A DNA stretch of 64,000 nt from Patescibacteria group bacterium (GCA_041649315.1 JBAZNJ010000001.1:284549-348548), one strand, 5' to 3'. Shown: positions 37,928-48,012, counted from the stretch's first letter. A program made the numbers and translations. Notes: generated by a model not told the origin, from the sequence alone.

Positions 37928-38914
37928 ATGACTATCTCCGATCGCGTTTACGGACAAATAAATATTACTGAACCGATAATTTTGGAACTATTAGCCTCCC
38001 CCGTTCTAGAGAGATTAAGAGACATAGACCAACATGGCTACACCAGAGCGCACTGGCCAAAGGATAAAATAATCAGCCGCCTAGAACATTCAATTGGCGT
38101 CTATTGGCTTTTAAAAAAATACGGCGCCCCCTTAGCTGAGCAGGTGGCCGGGCTGATTCACGATATTTCACACTCTGCCTTCTCGCACTGTATTGACTAT
38201 ATTTTAAACGAAGGAAACGGCCAGAAACAAAATCACCAAGATAATATTTTTCCCGATTTTGTCCGCCAATCGGATATAGGAAGTATTTTGGAAAAACATG
38301 GCCTAGATCTTGAATACCTTTTAGATGATAATAATTTTCCGCTCAAAGAAGCTCCTCTGCCTAACCTATGCGCCGACCGCCTGGACTATTCTTTGCGAGC
38401 GGCTATCGTTTATGGCGACCTGTCCAAAACAGCGGCTAATTTATTATTAAATAATTTAGTTATTAAGGATAAGGCCTGGGTGTTTAAGGATTTACCGAGC
38501 GCTAAGCAATACGCCGAACTATTTAAAACTTTAAACGATAAATATTACACGGCCTTACGGGCCGGAGCCATGCATCAAGTTATTGGCGACTATCTAGGAT
38601 ATGCTTTAGATAAAGGGTACTTAGAAAAAGCGGATCTCTATACCACCGATCAGGAAATTTTAGACAAGACGGCTTCTTTTCATCAGCAAGACAGAAAATT
38701 ATTAAATCTTTCAAAACGTCTTAACATAAAAGATGGCTTTGAAAATAACCCCAACAACTACGACCGAATAATTCATCTTAAATCACGACTGGTTGACCCG
38801 CTTTTCTTTGATCAGGGAGAAATTCACCGCTTTTCGGATATTGAAACATCCTGGAAAAAAATACTAAAACAAGAATTGGGCTATAAAACCCTCTACCTAA
38901 AATTTAAAAACTAG
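37928..38914 (+). CDS. HD-domain phosphohydrolase
   Basis: SRLEHSIGV, LIHDISHSAFSH and ADRLDY motifs. Confidence 0.9.
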   Translation: MTISDRVYGQINITEPIILELLASPVLERLRDIDQHGYTRAHWPKDKIISRLEHSIGVYWLLKKYGAPLAEQVAGLIHDISHSAFSHCIDYILNEGNGQKQNHQDNIFPDFVRQSDIGSILEKHGLDLEYLLDDNNFPLKEAPLPNLCADRLDYSLRAAIVYGDLSKTAANLLLNNLVIKDKAWVFKDLPSAKQYAELFKTLNDKYYTALRAGAMHQVIGDYLGYALDKGYLEKADLYTTDQEILDKTASFHQQDRKLLNLSKRLNIKDGFENNPNNYDRIIHLKSRLVDPLFFDQGEIHRFSDIETSWKKILKQELGYKTLYLKFKN

Positions 38915-38996
38915 GAAGAATCCTCCGATTAGCCCCCTTGATTTTTAAATAAATTCCGCTATAATCAAAGCATCGCCGCCAAAGAGCGGCTAAGCC

Positions 38997-39068
38997 GTCT
39001 CCATAGTTCAACGGATAGAACGTGAGATTCCGGATCTCAAGATGGGGGTTCGATTCCCTCTGGAGGCA
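38997..39068 (+). tRNA. tRNA-Arg(CCG)
   Basis: Acceptor GTCTCCA/TGGAGGC, anticodon arm TGAGA-TTCCGGA-TCTCA. Confidence 0.94.
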
Positions 39069-39140
39069 CCGGATTGGCGCTTAGCGTTTTGACAAAAATA
39101 AAACGCTCTGCTATTATTTTTTTGCGGTTAAATTAAACAA

Positions 39141-39214
39141 GGAGTGGTAGCTCAGTTGGTTAGAGCGTCTGCCTGTCACGCAGAAGGTCGCGGGTTCGAG
39201 CCCCGTCCATTCCG
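39141..39214 (+). tRNA. tRNA-Asp(GTC)
   Basis: Acceptor GGAGTGG/CCATTCC, anticodon arm TCTGC-CTGTCAC-GCAGA. Confidence 0.96.
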
Positions 39215-39219
39215 CTAAC

Positions 39220-39251
39220 AAAAACAACCTAAATTTATTTAGGTTGTTTTT
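39220..39251 (+). terminator. Terminator after tRNA-Asp
   Basis: AAAAACAACCTAAAT..ATTTAGGTTGTTTTT. Confidence 0.8.
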
Positions 39252-39372
39252 GAGTCTTTTTTAATATCTAAATTGGTATAATTATTATTTATACTTTCAA
39301 GTAGAAAAATATTTATTTTTGTTTTTCATGTCAGCATGGTAAAATTAAAATACAAGTATTAATTTTAAAAAT

Positions 39373-40125
39373 ATGGAAGAGTACAAAATAATAGCCTTAG
39401 ATGAGACAGGAAAAGCTAGTATGAATCATCAATCAAAGACTTTCATATTGTCAGGGCTTATTTTAAAAGAATCATATCAAAGAGAGTTAGAAAAGAAGAT
39501 TAAAGATTTGAAGAAGAAATATTTTAATAGTAATGACATAGTTTTGCATTGTAGAGACATGATAAGAAAGAAGGGGCCATTTTCTTGTTTTAGAAAAGAT
39601 TCTGATATGGAAAAAGATTTTTGGCGAGATTTAATTGAAATTATAGAAGCAGAAGAATTGTCGCTAGCGTTTGTGGTGACAAATAAAGAAAAGGCTAAGA
39701 AATTAGGGTGGAATAGTACTACAATACTTAGAAGGTCATACAATAAGATATTAGAAGAGTTTGTTAAAAATTATCTGTCTGATAACAAAGGTAAAATATT
39801 GGTAGAATCTGACCCTTCTCAGGATAAGTATTTAATTGAGGCCCATAATAGATTGCAAGGAATGGGACTGCCATCAGAAGGAATTAGTGGTTTTGAGTAT
39901 AGGCAGAGAGTTACTTCAATAAGTTTTGTTAATAAGTTGAATTTTGATTCAGAAATTCAATTAGCAGATACTTTAGCAATAATGGCCAGTTTATTCTATG
40001 ATATAAAAATGGGCAAAAAAAATAATGGAGATATTACCATTATTGAACAGATGATGAATAAAACTTTGCTTGATAAAAAGATTGAAGATCAAGATAGTAA
40101 GAATATTTTTGAGATATTAGTATAA
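39373..40125 (+). CDS. DUF3800-family protein
   Basis: N-terminal LDETG, LHCRDM and C-terminal IQLAD motifs. Confidence 0.8.
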   Translation: MEEYKIIALDETGKASMNHQSKTFILSGLILKESYQRELEKKIKDLKKKYFNSNDIVLHCRDMIRKKGPFSCFRKDSDMEKDFWRDLIEIIEAEELSLAFVVTNKEKAKKLGWNSTTILRRSYNKILEEFVKNYLSDNKGKILVESDPSQDKYLIEAHNRLQGMGLPSEGISGFEYRQRVTSISFVNKLNFDSEIQLADTLAIMASLFYDIKMGKKNNGDITIIEQMMNKTLLDKKIEDQDSKNIFEILV

Positions 40126-40127
40126 AC

Positions 40128-40170
40128 AAAAAAGCTAGTCATGGCTATCCGCACATATACTAACTTTTTA
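40128..40170 (-). ncRNA. Candidate small RNA converging on the DUF3800 3' end
   Basis: Minus-strand promoter TTTACA-N16-TATAAT (40178-40205); hairpin AAAAGTTAGT...ACTAGCTTTTTT. Confidence 0.4.
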
Positions 40171-40310
40171 TAATCATATTATACACCTTTCAAAATATTT
40201 GTAAACCCCATATTATCTATTTGTCATAGCTCCATCTTGTCAAAAAGCCTTATCTACGCTATACTTAAGACAATAAACTGTAGGGCTATAGTTTTTTATT
40301 TTATACTAAT

Positions 40311-40694
40311 ATGGAAAATAAATTAGACAAAAAAACCTTGGAAAATATAGAAAAAGAGCTTTTGGCGCAAAAAAAACAGATTATGGCCGATCTGGCTAAA
40401 TTGTCGCGCAAAGATGATCATGAAGCCGACGAAACCTCGGCTAAATTTCCGGAATATGGCGATAAGCCAGATGAAAACGCCCAGGAAATCGCTGATTATT
40501 CAACTAACATTGTCGCGGAAAAAGTTTTGGAAAAAAGCTTGGAAGATATTAATAAAACCCTGGAAAGAATTAAAAAAGGCAATTACGGAATCTGTAAATA
40601 TTGCGGCCAGCCGATTGCGGAAAAACGACTTTTAGCCCGACCGACCGCGAGCTCCTGCATCTCCTGTAAAACCGAACTGCAGGAACAAGATTGA
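40311..40694 (+). CDS. DksA/TraR C4 zinc-finger protein
   Basis: YGICKYCG..RL.ARP....CISC. Confidence 0.9.
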   Translation: MENKLDKKTLENIEKELLAQKKQIMADLAKLSRKDDHEADETSAKFPEYGDKPDENAQEIADYSTNIVAEKVLEKSLEDINKTLERIKKGNYGICKYCGQPIAEKRLLARPTASSCISCKTELQEQD

Positions 40695-40705
40695 TTACGA
40701 AAGAA

Positions 40706-41188
40706 ATGAATAAACTATTTCTAAATCTCAAGAATAAAAATATAGCTATTGCTTCTGTGATAGCTATATTTTTTATGATTGATCGCTATTTGAAGCTTGC
40801 GGCCTTGCATTTGGCAAATGGCGAACCTATTAAGCTGATAGGTAATATTTTTTCTTTCAACTTTACGGCTAATTATTATTTAGCTTTTTCTTTGCCCTTA
40901 TCCGGACCATTGGTAAACTCCTTAATAATTTTAATCATTATCGGGTTAATCTATTATATCTTGCTCAACCGGCGCGATTCAGCCAAGCGATGGGAAGTCA
41001 TAATCTTGACATTTATTATCTTTGGTGCTATAAGTAATATACTTGACCGACTGATTTATGGCTATGTTATTGATTATTTAGAGCTGAAATATTTTACGGT
41101 TTTCAACCTGGCGGATGTGATGATCAGCGGCGGGGCGATAATTCTCTTAACCAAAACTATAAAATTAAACAAAAAAACGGCCGCCTAA
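40706..41188 (+). CDS. lspA: Lipoprotein signal peptidase
   Basis: GAISNILDR, YVIDY and VFNLAD motifs. Confidence 0.92.
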   Translation: MNKLFLNLKNKNIAIASVIAIFFMIDRYLKLAALHLANGEPIKLIGNIFSFNFTANYYLAFSLPLSGPLVNSLIILIIIGLIYYILLNRRDSAKRWEVIILTFIIFGAISNILDRLIYGYVIDYLELKYFTVFNLADVMISGGAIILLTKTIKLNKKTAA

Positions 41189-41220
41189 GCGGTCGTTTTT
41201 TGCTTTATTTTTTACATTAA

Positions 41221-41382
41221 CTATTCTCTCTCGGAATTTTCTCTTTCCTCTTTAATAGCGTCTGATAATTCCTCTTGGGTCTTAAAAAAACCGATTGTGC
41301 CGTCGCGGAAAGTATATTGGATATTACCTCTTTCCGGCGCCGGACCCTTTTTGGCTACTTCTGGATTTTCAAAATTTGGCAT
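41221..41382 (-). CDS. Small hypothetical protein (53 aa, not in the ORF track)
   Basis: Manual translation MPNFENPEVAKKGPAPERGNIQYTFRDGTIGFFKTQEELSDAIKEERENSERE; converges on the lspA terminator. Confidence 0.55.
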   Translation of the reverse strand: MPNFENPEVAKKGPAPERGNIQYTFRDGTIGFFKTQEELSDAIKEERENSERE

Positions 41383-41528
41383 AATCTTTGTAAAATATCA
41401 TAACTTCTATGAATAATTCCAAAAAAAGTTAGCTGATATTCATTATTATTAACTATTGACAATTAATCTTTGTTATATTATAATAAATTGAATAAAAAAA
41501 GTCAATACATTAACAAAAATATAAAGAA

Positions 41529-42074
41529 ATGGAAAAAAAGCAGAAATTTATATTACCTGAATTTTCAGCGTCTTTAAACGGAACGCTGACCGAAAAATTC
41601 GCTGATGAGTTAACCGCTAAGTTAATAAACCTGAGCAAAGATAGCAAAAATATCTATCTAATTATGAACAGCCCTGGGGGGAATTGGGCGGGAGCGATGA
41701 AAATATACGACACTATTCAAATCTTGCCGGTAGAAACTTTTGGAGTAGTTGTCGGGGATGCTTTCTCTATAATTTCCGGAATAATATTACAAGCCTGCCA
41801 TCAACGATTAGCGACAAAAAATTCAAGAATCCATGTTCACGAACTAAACAACCCAGTTACCTGGACATTATCTCCAAGCGATTCTGATGGCTACTTACGT
41901 GATAGCATTTCCTCGGAATTACTAGAAATAAAAAGAAAAAACAAAATTATGAAAGATATTTTAATAAAAAGAGTTTTATTAAATATAAATGGCCTGGAAG
42001 AATTGATGAAAGAAAATAAAATATTACTCCCGATAGAGGCTAAAAAATTCGGCCTTATTGACGAAATAATATAA
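41529..42074 (+). CDS. Divergent ClpP-like protease
   Basis: MNSPGG, IYDTI, AFS, IHVHE and EAKKFGLIDEI motifs. Confidence 0.85.
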   Translation: MEKKQKFILPEFSASLNGTLTEKFADELTAKLINLSKDSKNIYLIMNSPGGNWAGAMKIYDTIQILPVETFGVVVGDAFSIISGIILQACHQRLATKNSRIHVHELNNPVTWTLSPSDSDGYLRDSISSELLEIKRKNKIMKDILIKRVLLNINGLEELMKENKILLPIEAKKFGLIDEII

Positions 42075-42172
42075 AAAACAAAAAAGGAGCTGAAAACATA
42101 ATGTTTAAAGCTCCTTTTAAATTTGTAAAATTTTTTTCCAAGCTTCTTCCGCGCTTATATTTTCCTATAAAA

Positions 42173-42604
42173 TTATTTCAAAACAATCTCTCGTCGGCTA
42201 TTATTTAAATATTTAATTCTCATCACCCTAACCCTTCGCGGCCAAATCTTTTTCACTTTCTCTGCCCATTCAATAACCGTAACCGTTTCCGGAGAATTAA
42301 ATATTTCCTTAACGCCTAAGGCGCTTAATTCTTTTTCGGACTTTAAACGATAAGCGTCAATATGGCAAAAATATTTTATCTCAAAGCCGCGCTTGCTTAT
42401 CTTATATAATTTTAAAATATTAAAAGTCGGGCTATTGACCCGGCTCTTAACGCCCAATCCGGCCGCCAGACCCTGCGCCAATTTTGTTTTGCCGGCGCCG
42501 AGCTCTCCTATTAACACGAAAACTTCGCCGCCGCGACAAGCACGGCCTAAAGCAACGCCATAAGCTAAAGTTTCCTTTTCATTGTGAGTAGTTGTTTTTT
42601 TCAT
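42173..42604 (-). CDS. tsaE: t6A biosynthesis ATPase
   Basis: GELGAGKT, SPTF, HIDAYR and IEWA motifs. Confidence 0.95.
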   Translation of the reverse strand: MKKTTTHNEKETLAYGVALGRACRGGEVFVLIGELGAGKTKLAQGLAAGLGVKSRVNSPTFNILKLYKISKRGFEIKYFCHIDAYRLKSEKELSALGVKEIFNSPETVTVIEWAEKVKKIWPRRVRVMRIKYLNNSRREIVLK

Positions 42605-42770
42605 GTCTAAAACATGGAGACAATTTCCGCCTTTACAAGTTTAAATAAAATCTTTTCGGGCGGGAACCTGGTATGACCTGAGGCCCTGGCTCGTTAATAA
42701 TAATTATGCTGATATTATAGCTTTAGATAAATAAAAAAGGAAGTCTGATGTTCTAGACTTCCTTGTAAAT

Positions 42771-43391
42771 TTATGGTTTCCAGTTTATTCCAATTTTTAG
42801 TAATTGATTTTGATTTAAAAAATCATAACCAATATCCGTATAAATTGAAAAGTCTTTGCTGACTGCTTGGGTATATTTTAATGACACGGTGTGCTGTGGC
42901 TTATTCTTCATATAATTAATGAGGCAATAAGTTGCATTAAACCGCCAAGCATTTACAGTAATAGCATTTACTCCGAACAGAAACGAAGCATTTGATTCTA
43001 TTTCCCCCTCTGGTTTTCCGAAAGACCAACCATACCAGTGTAAAGTAGAAATAAATTTTATCGAGGAAAAAACAATCATAGGTCCACCATAAGGAACATT
43101 ATAGAAATAACCAACATTCGGCCCAATTAAAATTTTATCTTTGAATAAGCGATAAAAATAGGTTATTTCTAAATCATTCTCACTGATTGTCATCTGTATT
43201 ATAGCATTATCACTTTCCAGGTTAAAATATAAATATAAACCCGAACTTATAGCCCCTTTACCAGATGAAATGTCAATACTTGATAGATGAATGCTCGCTG
43301 AATCTTTTTTTGCTGAAATTGAATCAGTTTTTGACTGAGCAAAAACGCTAACCGTTAACACGGAAAAAACAATTACTAAAATATTTTTCAT
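42771..43391 (-). CDS. Hypothetical secreted, beta-rich protein
   Basis: Signal peptide ending VFA-Q; alternating hydrophobic pattern; ends KIGINWKP. Confidence 0.7.
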   Translation of the reverse strand: MKNILVIVFSVLTVSVFAQSKTDSISAKKDSASIHLSSIDISSGKGAISSGLYLYFNLESDNAIIQMTISENDLEITYFYRLFKDKILIGPNVGYFYNVPYGGPMIVFSSIKFISTLHWYGWSFGKPEGEIESNASFLFGVNAITVNAWRFNATYCLINYMKNKPQHTVSLKYTQAVSKDFSIYTDIGYDFLNQNQLLKIGINWKP

Positions 43392-43657
43392 GATTTATTC
43401 CTTTTTTAAAGATTAAATTATTCGATTAATTACTAAATCTGCCTTCCGCCGGCTGACGTATTTAGACAAACTTGGTAATTAATCAAATATAACCTTATTT
43501 GTAAACGAACTATCCCCTACTATTTTAATGTTTATATAATAGCATACTTTCAGTTAAATGTCAATAACCCGCTAATTTACTGGGAAAAGCTTAACAAAAC
43601 TATCCATTAACTTGTTTATACGCAAAAGACCCCCAAAATAGGAGTCTTGACTTAAGG

Positions 43658-43731
43658 TGGGCGCACAAGGATTTGAACCCTGGACCCCTTCGGTGTAAAC
43701 GAAGTGCTCTAACCAGCTGAGCTATGCGCCC
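43658..43731 (-). tRNA. tRNA-Val(TAC)
   Basis: Acceptor GGGCGCA/TGCGCCC, anticodon arm CTTCG-TTTACAC-CGAAG. Confidence 0.96.
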
Positions 43732-43753
43732 GATTTTTTAACAAACGATCTAG

Positions 43754-43835
43754 TGCGCGAGAGAGGACTTGAACCTCCACGCCTTGCGGCACTGGCACCT
43801 CAAGCCAGCCTGGCTACCAATTACAGCACTCGCGC
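43754..43835 (-). tRNA. tRNA-Leu(GAG)
   Basis: Acceptor GCGCGAG/CTCGCGC, anticodon arm CTGGC-TTGAGGT-GCCAG, variable arm. Confidence 0.95.
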
Positions 43836-43877
43836 TTAGAAGAAAACCGCCACTAGAGGGCGGCTTTCTTGATTTCT

Positions 43878-44204
43878 TTATTTAACAACTTTTTCTTTTA
43901 ATCTCTTCTTATAACCGCTTCGTAAATAATAAAGCTTTGCTTGCCGAACCGCGGCTTGCTTCTTAATTTCAATCTTGGTAATCGTCGGCAAATTAAGCGG
44001 AAAAATCTTTTCCACGCCAATACCCTCGGAAACCTTGCGGACAGTAATCGTCGCCCCGGTCTCTTTATTATGCTTCCGAGCGATAATCATGCCTTCAAAA
44101 TACTGCACCCGCTCTTTTTCTTCGCCTTTAGAATTTAATTCTTTAATTTTCTGATAAACCCTGACGGTCATTCCGGGCTTCAGTTCTAATTTGGTCTCAA
44201 CCAT
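43878..44204 (-). CDS. rplS: 50S ribosomal protein L19
   Basis: KERVQYFEG, GVEKIFP and VRQAKLYYLR motifs. Confidence 0.95.
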   Translation of the reverse strand: MVETKLELKPGMTVRVYQKIKELNSKGEEKERVQYFEGMIIARKHNKETGATITVRKVSEGIGVEKIFPLNLPTITKIEIKKQAAVRQAKLYYLRSGYKKRLKEKVVK

Positions 44205-44377
44205 ATAATTTTTAAACGAGATTTTAAAATCTCGTTTTTATGCTTATTTATTTTAAATCTTGTCTAATATTATAACTATTTTTTCTTATTGTCAAGAAGC
44301 TATGGATAGGGCTAATGGCCTACCAATAAACAATATTATTATAAGATAATTGCCAAAATCCGTCCGCAATCCATGCT

Positions 44378-44950
44378 TTACAAAGTCCTGTCCGCGGCTG
44401 AATCGGCCTTAACCCTAGCTAAAACCGCGGCAAAAACCTCTGCCGGCGGCATATCGGTCGTATCTAAGTAAAAATCATAATTTTTCGGGTCGTAAGCGTC
44501 AATATTATAGTATTTGCGATAACGGAAATTATCGCTGGCAATCCGCTCCTGATTACTAGCCAGAACGTCCTGCCAACTGGCCAAGTCGGCGGCTTCATTG
44601 CGGTCATTTTTCTTCTGCAAGGCCTTAAAAATCCGTTTTGCTCCATCTTCCTGGTTAACATCTAAATAAATTTTCAAAGAATGAGGGATAAAATGCCAAC
44701 AAGTCCGGCCTTCAATCACAAAATTATCCTCTTTTTCGCCTAATTCCTTAACATAATCATCAACTTCTTGATCGGTCACGGGATCGCTTTCGCCTAATTT
44801 ATTGTATTCGGCCAAGGTTAGCCCTCGTTTTTTCGCCGCCTCCCGACGCAATCCGCCCATATAGTAGCGCGGCCAGCCAAGCTTTTCGGCCAACATCTGA
44901 GCAATCGTGCTTTTACCCGATCCGGGCGCGCCGCTTAAAGAAATTATCAT
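44378..44950 (-). CDS. cmk: Cytidylate kinase, archaeal-type
   Basis: SGAPGSGKST, VIEGR and RYRKYYNID motifs. Confidence 0.85.
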   Translation of the reverse strand: MIISLSGAPGSGKSTIAQMLAEKLGWPRYYMGGLRREAAKKRGLTLAEYNKLGESDPVTDQEVDDYVKELGEKEDNFVIEGRTCWHFIPHSLKIYLDVNQEDGAKRIFKALQKKNDRNEAADLASWQDVLASNQERIASDNFRYRKYYNIDAYDPKNYDFYLDTTDMPPAEVFAAVLARVKADSAADRTL

Positions 44951-45073
44951 AAATTTATTTGGATTATAATTGGATTATAAAAAGGTTTTATTGTATTTTT
45001 ATGAAAACTTTACTATCATATTAACTATATTATACTAATTATTAAACGGCTAAGCTAAAAAAGCAAGACCTTT

Positions 45074-47833
45074 ATGTATTTAGAAAAACTGGAAATCCAA
45101 GGTTTTAAATCTTTCGCTAATAAAAATAAACTAATCTTCTCCGGCTTGATTGGCGCGGAGAAGCGTGGCTTGACCGCGATTGTCGGTCCGAACGGCTCAG
45201 GAAAATCTAATGTCGCTGATGCTATCCGTTGGGCGCTCGGCGAGCAAAGCATGAAAACCCTGCGCGGTAAAAAAAGCGAGGATATTATTTTTTCCGGCTC
45301 GGACCAAAAAAACCAGCTTGGCTTTGCCGAGGTCTCTTTATATTTAAATAACGCTGAGTCAGCGAAAAACAAAGAAAAAGAAGAAATTATTATTGAAGAA
45401 GAAAAAGATCTTGACCGCCTGATTTTAAGCTGTCCGGAAATAAGCATTACCCGGCGGCTCTATCGCAACGGCGACAGCGAATATTTAATCAACAATAACC
45501 GGGCGCGCTTGACCGATATTCAAATGCTTTTAGCGAAAGCTAATTTCGGCCAAAAAACTTATAGCGTCATCGGCCAAGGCATGGTGGAAAATTTCTTAAG
45601 CACCTCGGCGGCCGAACGCAAGGATTTTTTTGATGAAGCGACCGGCGTCAAGCAATTCCAGATCAAACGCGATTCGGCTTTAAATAAATTAGAAAGCAGT
45701 TATGAAAATCTCCAGCAGGTCGAGATGCTTTTAGCGGAAATCCGACCGCGCTTAAAAAGCTTGACTCGCAGTGTAGAAAAGCTAAAACGACGTAGCGAAA
45801 TTGAAGCGGAATTAAAAAACCGGCAACTGAATTATTATTATCATCTATGGAAAGAGATTAATGAAAAATTGGATTCTTATAACGCAACATTTTTAGAAAA
45901 AGAAAAAGTAAAAATCGACCGCGATAAAAAAATCGCCAAACTTAATGAAGATCTTAATAAGATTAAGCAGACCGATAATAACCGCGCCTGGAACGAGCTC
46001 CAGCCGCGGCTCCAGGAATTACATAATTCTAAAAATCAACTGCACAAGCAACTGGCGAAATACCAAGCCGAATTAGAAATCGGCCTAGAGTCGCAGGGGA
46101 AATTCGACCTGTCCTGGTTAAACAGTAAACAAAGCGAATTAAGCGCGGATTTAGAAAAAGCGGAAAAAGAACTTGCCCTGCTTATTCCCGAACAAAAAAA
46201 TGACGAAGAAAGAGAATTGGCTGATAAATTAGCTCGCTTGAACAAAGAATTAGAAGAAGCTAATCGCCGCTTGCGAAGCGCCAGCGCGGGTCTGGGCGGC
46301 GAACGGCAGGAAAAAACGCGAGAAGAAATAAACAAGATTATTACTGATTTCTTAAGCCGTCTGGAAGAGATAAGCGCCGAAGAAGATTTAACAACTATTA
46401 AAACGGCTCTGCGCGCCGCTCAAGACGATTTTAAAAATCAAATCAAGGATTTCTTAAACACCGGCGAAGAAAACCAATTGTTAGCCATCAAAGAAATCCA
46501 GGAAAAAATAATTTCCCTAAACGAAGAAAAACAGACAATCAGTGCGACCCTTAACGATCAGCGTTTCCGTTCGGCCGCCGCGAAAGAAAAATATAATTTA
46601 TGGCGAGAAAAGAAAACCCAATTAGAACGCGAGCTTAGCGAGATTAAAAATAAAATCGCCCGCCAAGGCGCACCGGATGATAAGAGCGGCGCTCTAATCG
46701 CACGGCAAGAAGTGGAAAAAAACCTCGAGAATGTTAATGAACAGATTAAAAATTTAGAAAAAGAAGCGGAAGGCCTTAACGCCGCCAAGGATCGAGAAAA
46801 ATCTCTGATTTTTGACTGTCAGCGCAATCTACAAGCGGTTCAGAAAGAAGTTGATTTCTTGAACATCGAACTTAATGAATTAAAAGTAAGCGCCGCCCGG
46901 CAAGAAACGCGGCTTGAAGATTTAGAAAATAATATTCGCAATGACGGCCTGAATCTTTTGGAAATTAAGGGTGGGGAAAATAAAATTGATGAAGAGTCGG
47001 GCGAATTTGACGCAGATAAAATGATCCGCCGAATAACCGAGTTAAAAAATCAACTTGACCAGATTGGCGGCATTGACCCGGAAACAGAAAAAGAATATTC
47101 GGAAACTAAGGAACGCTATGATTTCTTAAGTAACCAAACCGCGGATCTAAATGACGCAATCAAGTCCTTAGAAGAAATAATCTATGAGCTTGATCTAAAC
47201 ATCAAGACCCGCTTTGACGCGGAATTTAAAGTTATTTCAGAAAAATTCAATGAATACTTTAAAATTTTATTCAACGGCGGCAGTGCGAAAATATCAAAAG
47301 TAATGATTGAGGATTTAGAGAAAGAAAATGCTAAAAATAACGGAAGCGGGAATAATGAAGGAGCCGCCGACGGGAATGAAACCACGGCTCATAGCGGACT
47401 AAGCGCGGCGGAAATAAAAATTAAAGAAGAATCCGACGATAAATTGAAAAGAATAAAATTTTTGAAAAAACATAACGCGGTCGGTCTCGCCGGCATTGAA
47501 ATCCAGGCCACGCCCCCGGGCAAACGGATCCAGGCGGTCACTATGCTCTCCGGCGGCGAACGAGCCTTAACAGCCATCGCCTTAATTTCCGCGATTATCA
47601 GCGCCAATCCTTCACCTTTTGTGGTTCTTGATGAAGTTGACGCCGCGCTTGACGAAGCAAACTCGGAACGGTTGGCAAAAATCCTTGATGATTTATCCAA
47701 TAAAACGCAATTTATTGTCATTACTCATAATCGCGCTTCCATGCGACGCGCCAGCATTCTTTATGGCGTAACCATGGAGTCGGACGGCGTGAGTAAACTC
47801 TTGAGCGTTAAATTGGATGAATTGAAAAGATAA
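45074..47833 (+). CDS. smc: SMC-family ATPase (short, no recognisable hinge)
   Basis: GFKSF, GPNGSGKSN, coiled coil, LSGGE, LDEVDAALD and ITH motifs. Confidence 0.9.
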   Translation: MYLEKLEIQGFKSFANKNKLIFSGLIGAEKRGLTAIVGPNGSGKSNVADAIRWALGEQSMKTLRGKKSEDIIFSGSDQKNQLGFAEVSLYLNNAESAKNKEKEEIIIEEEKDLDRLILSCPEISITRRLYRNGDSEYLINNNRARLTDIQMLLAKANFGQKTYSVIGQGMVENFLSTSAAERKDFFDEATGVKQFQIKRDSALNKLESSYENLQQVEMLLAEIRPRLKSLTRSVEKLKRRSEIEAELKNRQLNYYYHLWKEINEKLDSYNATFLEKEKVKIDRDKKIAKLNEDLNKIKQTDNNRAWNELQPRLQELHNSKNQLHKQLAKYQAELEIGLESQGKFDLSWLNSKQSELSADLEKAEKELALLIPEQKNDEERELADKLARLNKELEEANRRLRSASAGLGGERQEKTREEINKIITDFLSRLEEISAEEDLTTIKTALRAAQDDFKNQIKDFLNTGEENQLLAIKEIQEKIISLNEEKQTISATLNDQRFRSAAAKEKYNLWREKKTQLERELSEIKNKIARQGAPDDKSGALIARQEVEKNLENVNEQIKNLEKEAEGLNAAKDREKSLIFDCQRNLQAVQKEVDFLNIELNELKVSAARQETRLEDLENNIRNDGLNLLEIKGGENKIDEESGEFDADKMIRRITELKNQLDQIGGIDPETEKEYSETKERYDFLSNQTADLNDAIKSLEEIIYELDLNIKTRFDAEFKVISEKFNEYFKILFNGGSAKISKVMIEDLEKENAKNNGSGNNEGAADGNETTAHSGLSAAEIKIKEESDDKLKRIKFLKKHNAVGLAGIEIQATPPGKRIQAVTMLSGGERALTAIALISAIISANPSPFVVLDEVDAALDEANSERLAKILDDLSNKTQFIVITHNRASMRRASILYGVTMESDGVSKLLSVKLDELKR

Positions 47834-47856
47834 TGATTTTATTTTTATGACCAGCA

Positions 47857-48012
47857 GCCGTTCGGGCGGCAATACTACTGAGCGCCTGTAATTTCGTAGA
47901 GCAAAATTTATCGCCGGCCGCCGGAGCGCCGAGTAGGCGGCGGAGGCGGAAAAGAGGCGGTGGATTTTGCCACAGAAATTACCGAAGCGAAGGAGTGTTG
48001 CCGACGAACGGC
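47857..48012. repeat. Long palindromic element, copy 2
   Basis: Reverse-complement match to 25753-25907. Confidence 0.85.

Noticed and set aside
38918-38926. att remnant of tRNA-Ser (GAATCCTCC)
   Set aside because: Only a 9-bp match, compatible with chance
42657-42693. Riboswitch upstream of tsaE
   Set aside because: A single imperfect GC hairpin that fits no consensus I know; support is insufficient
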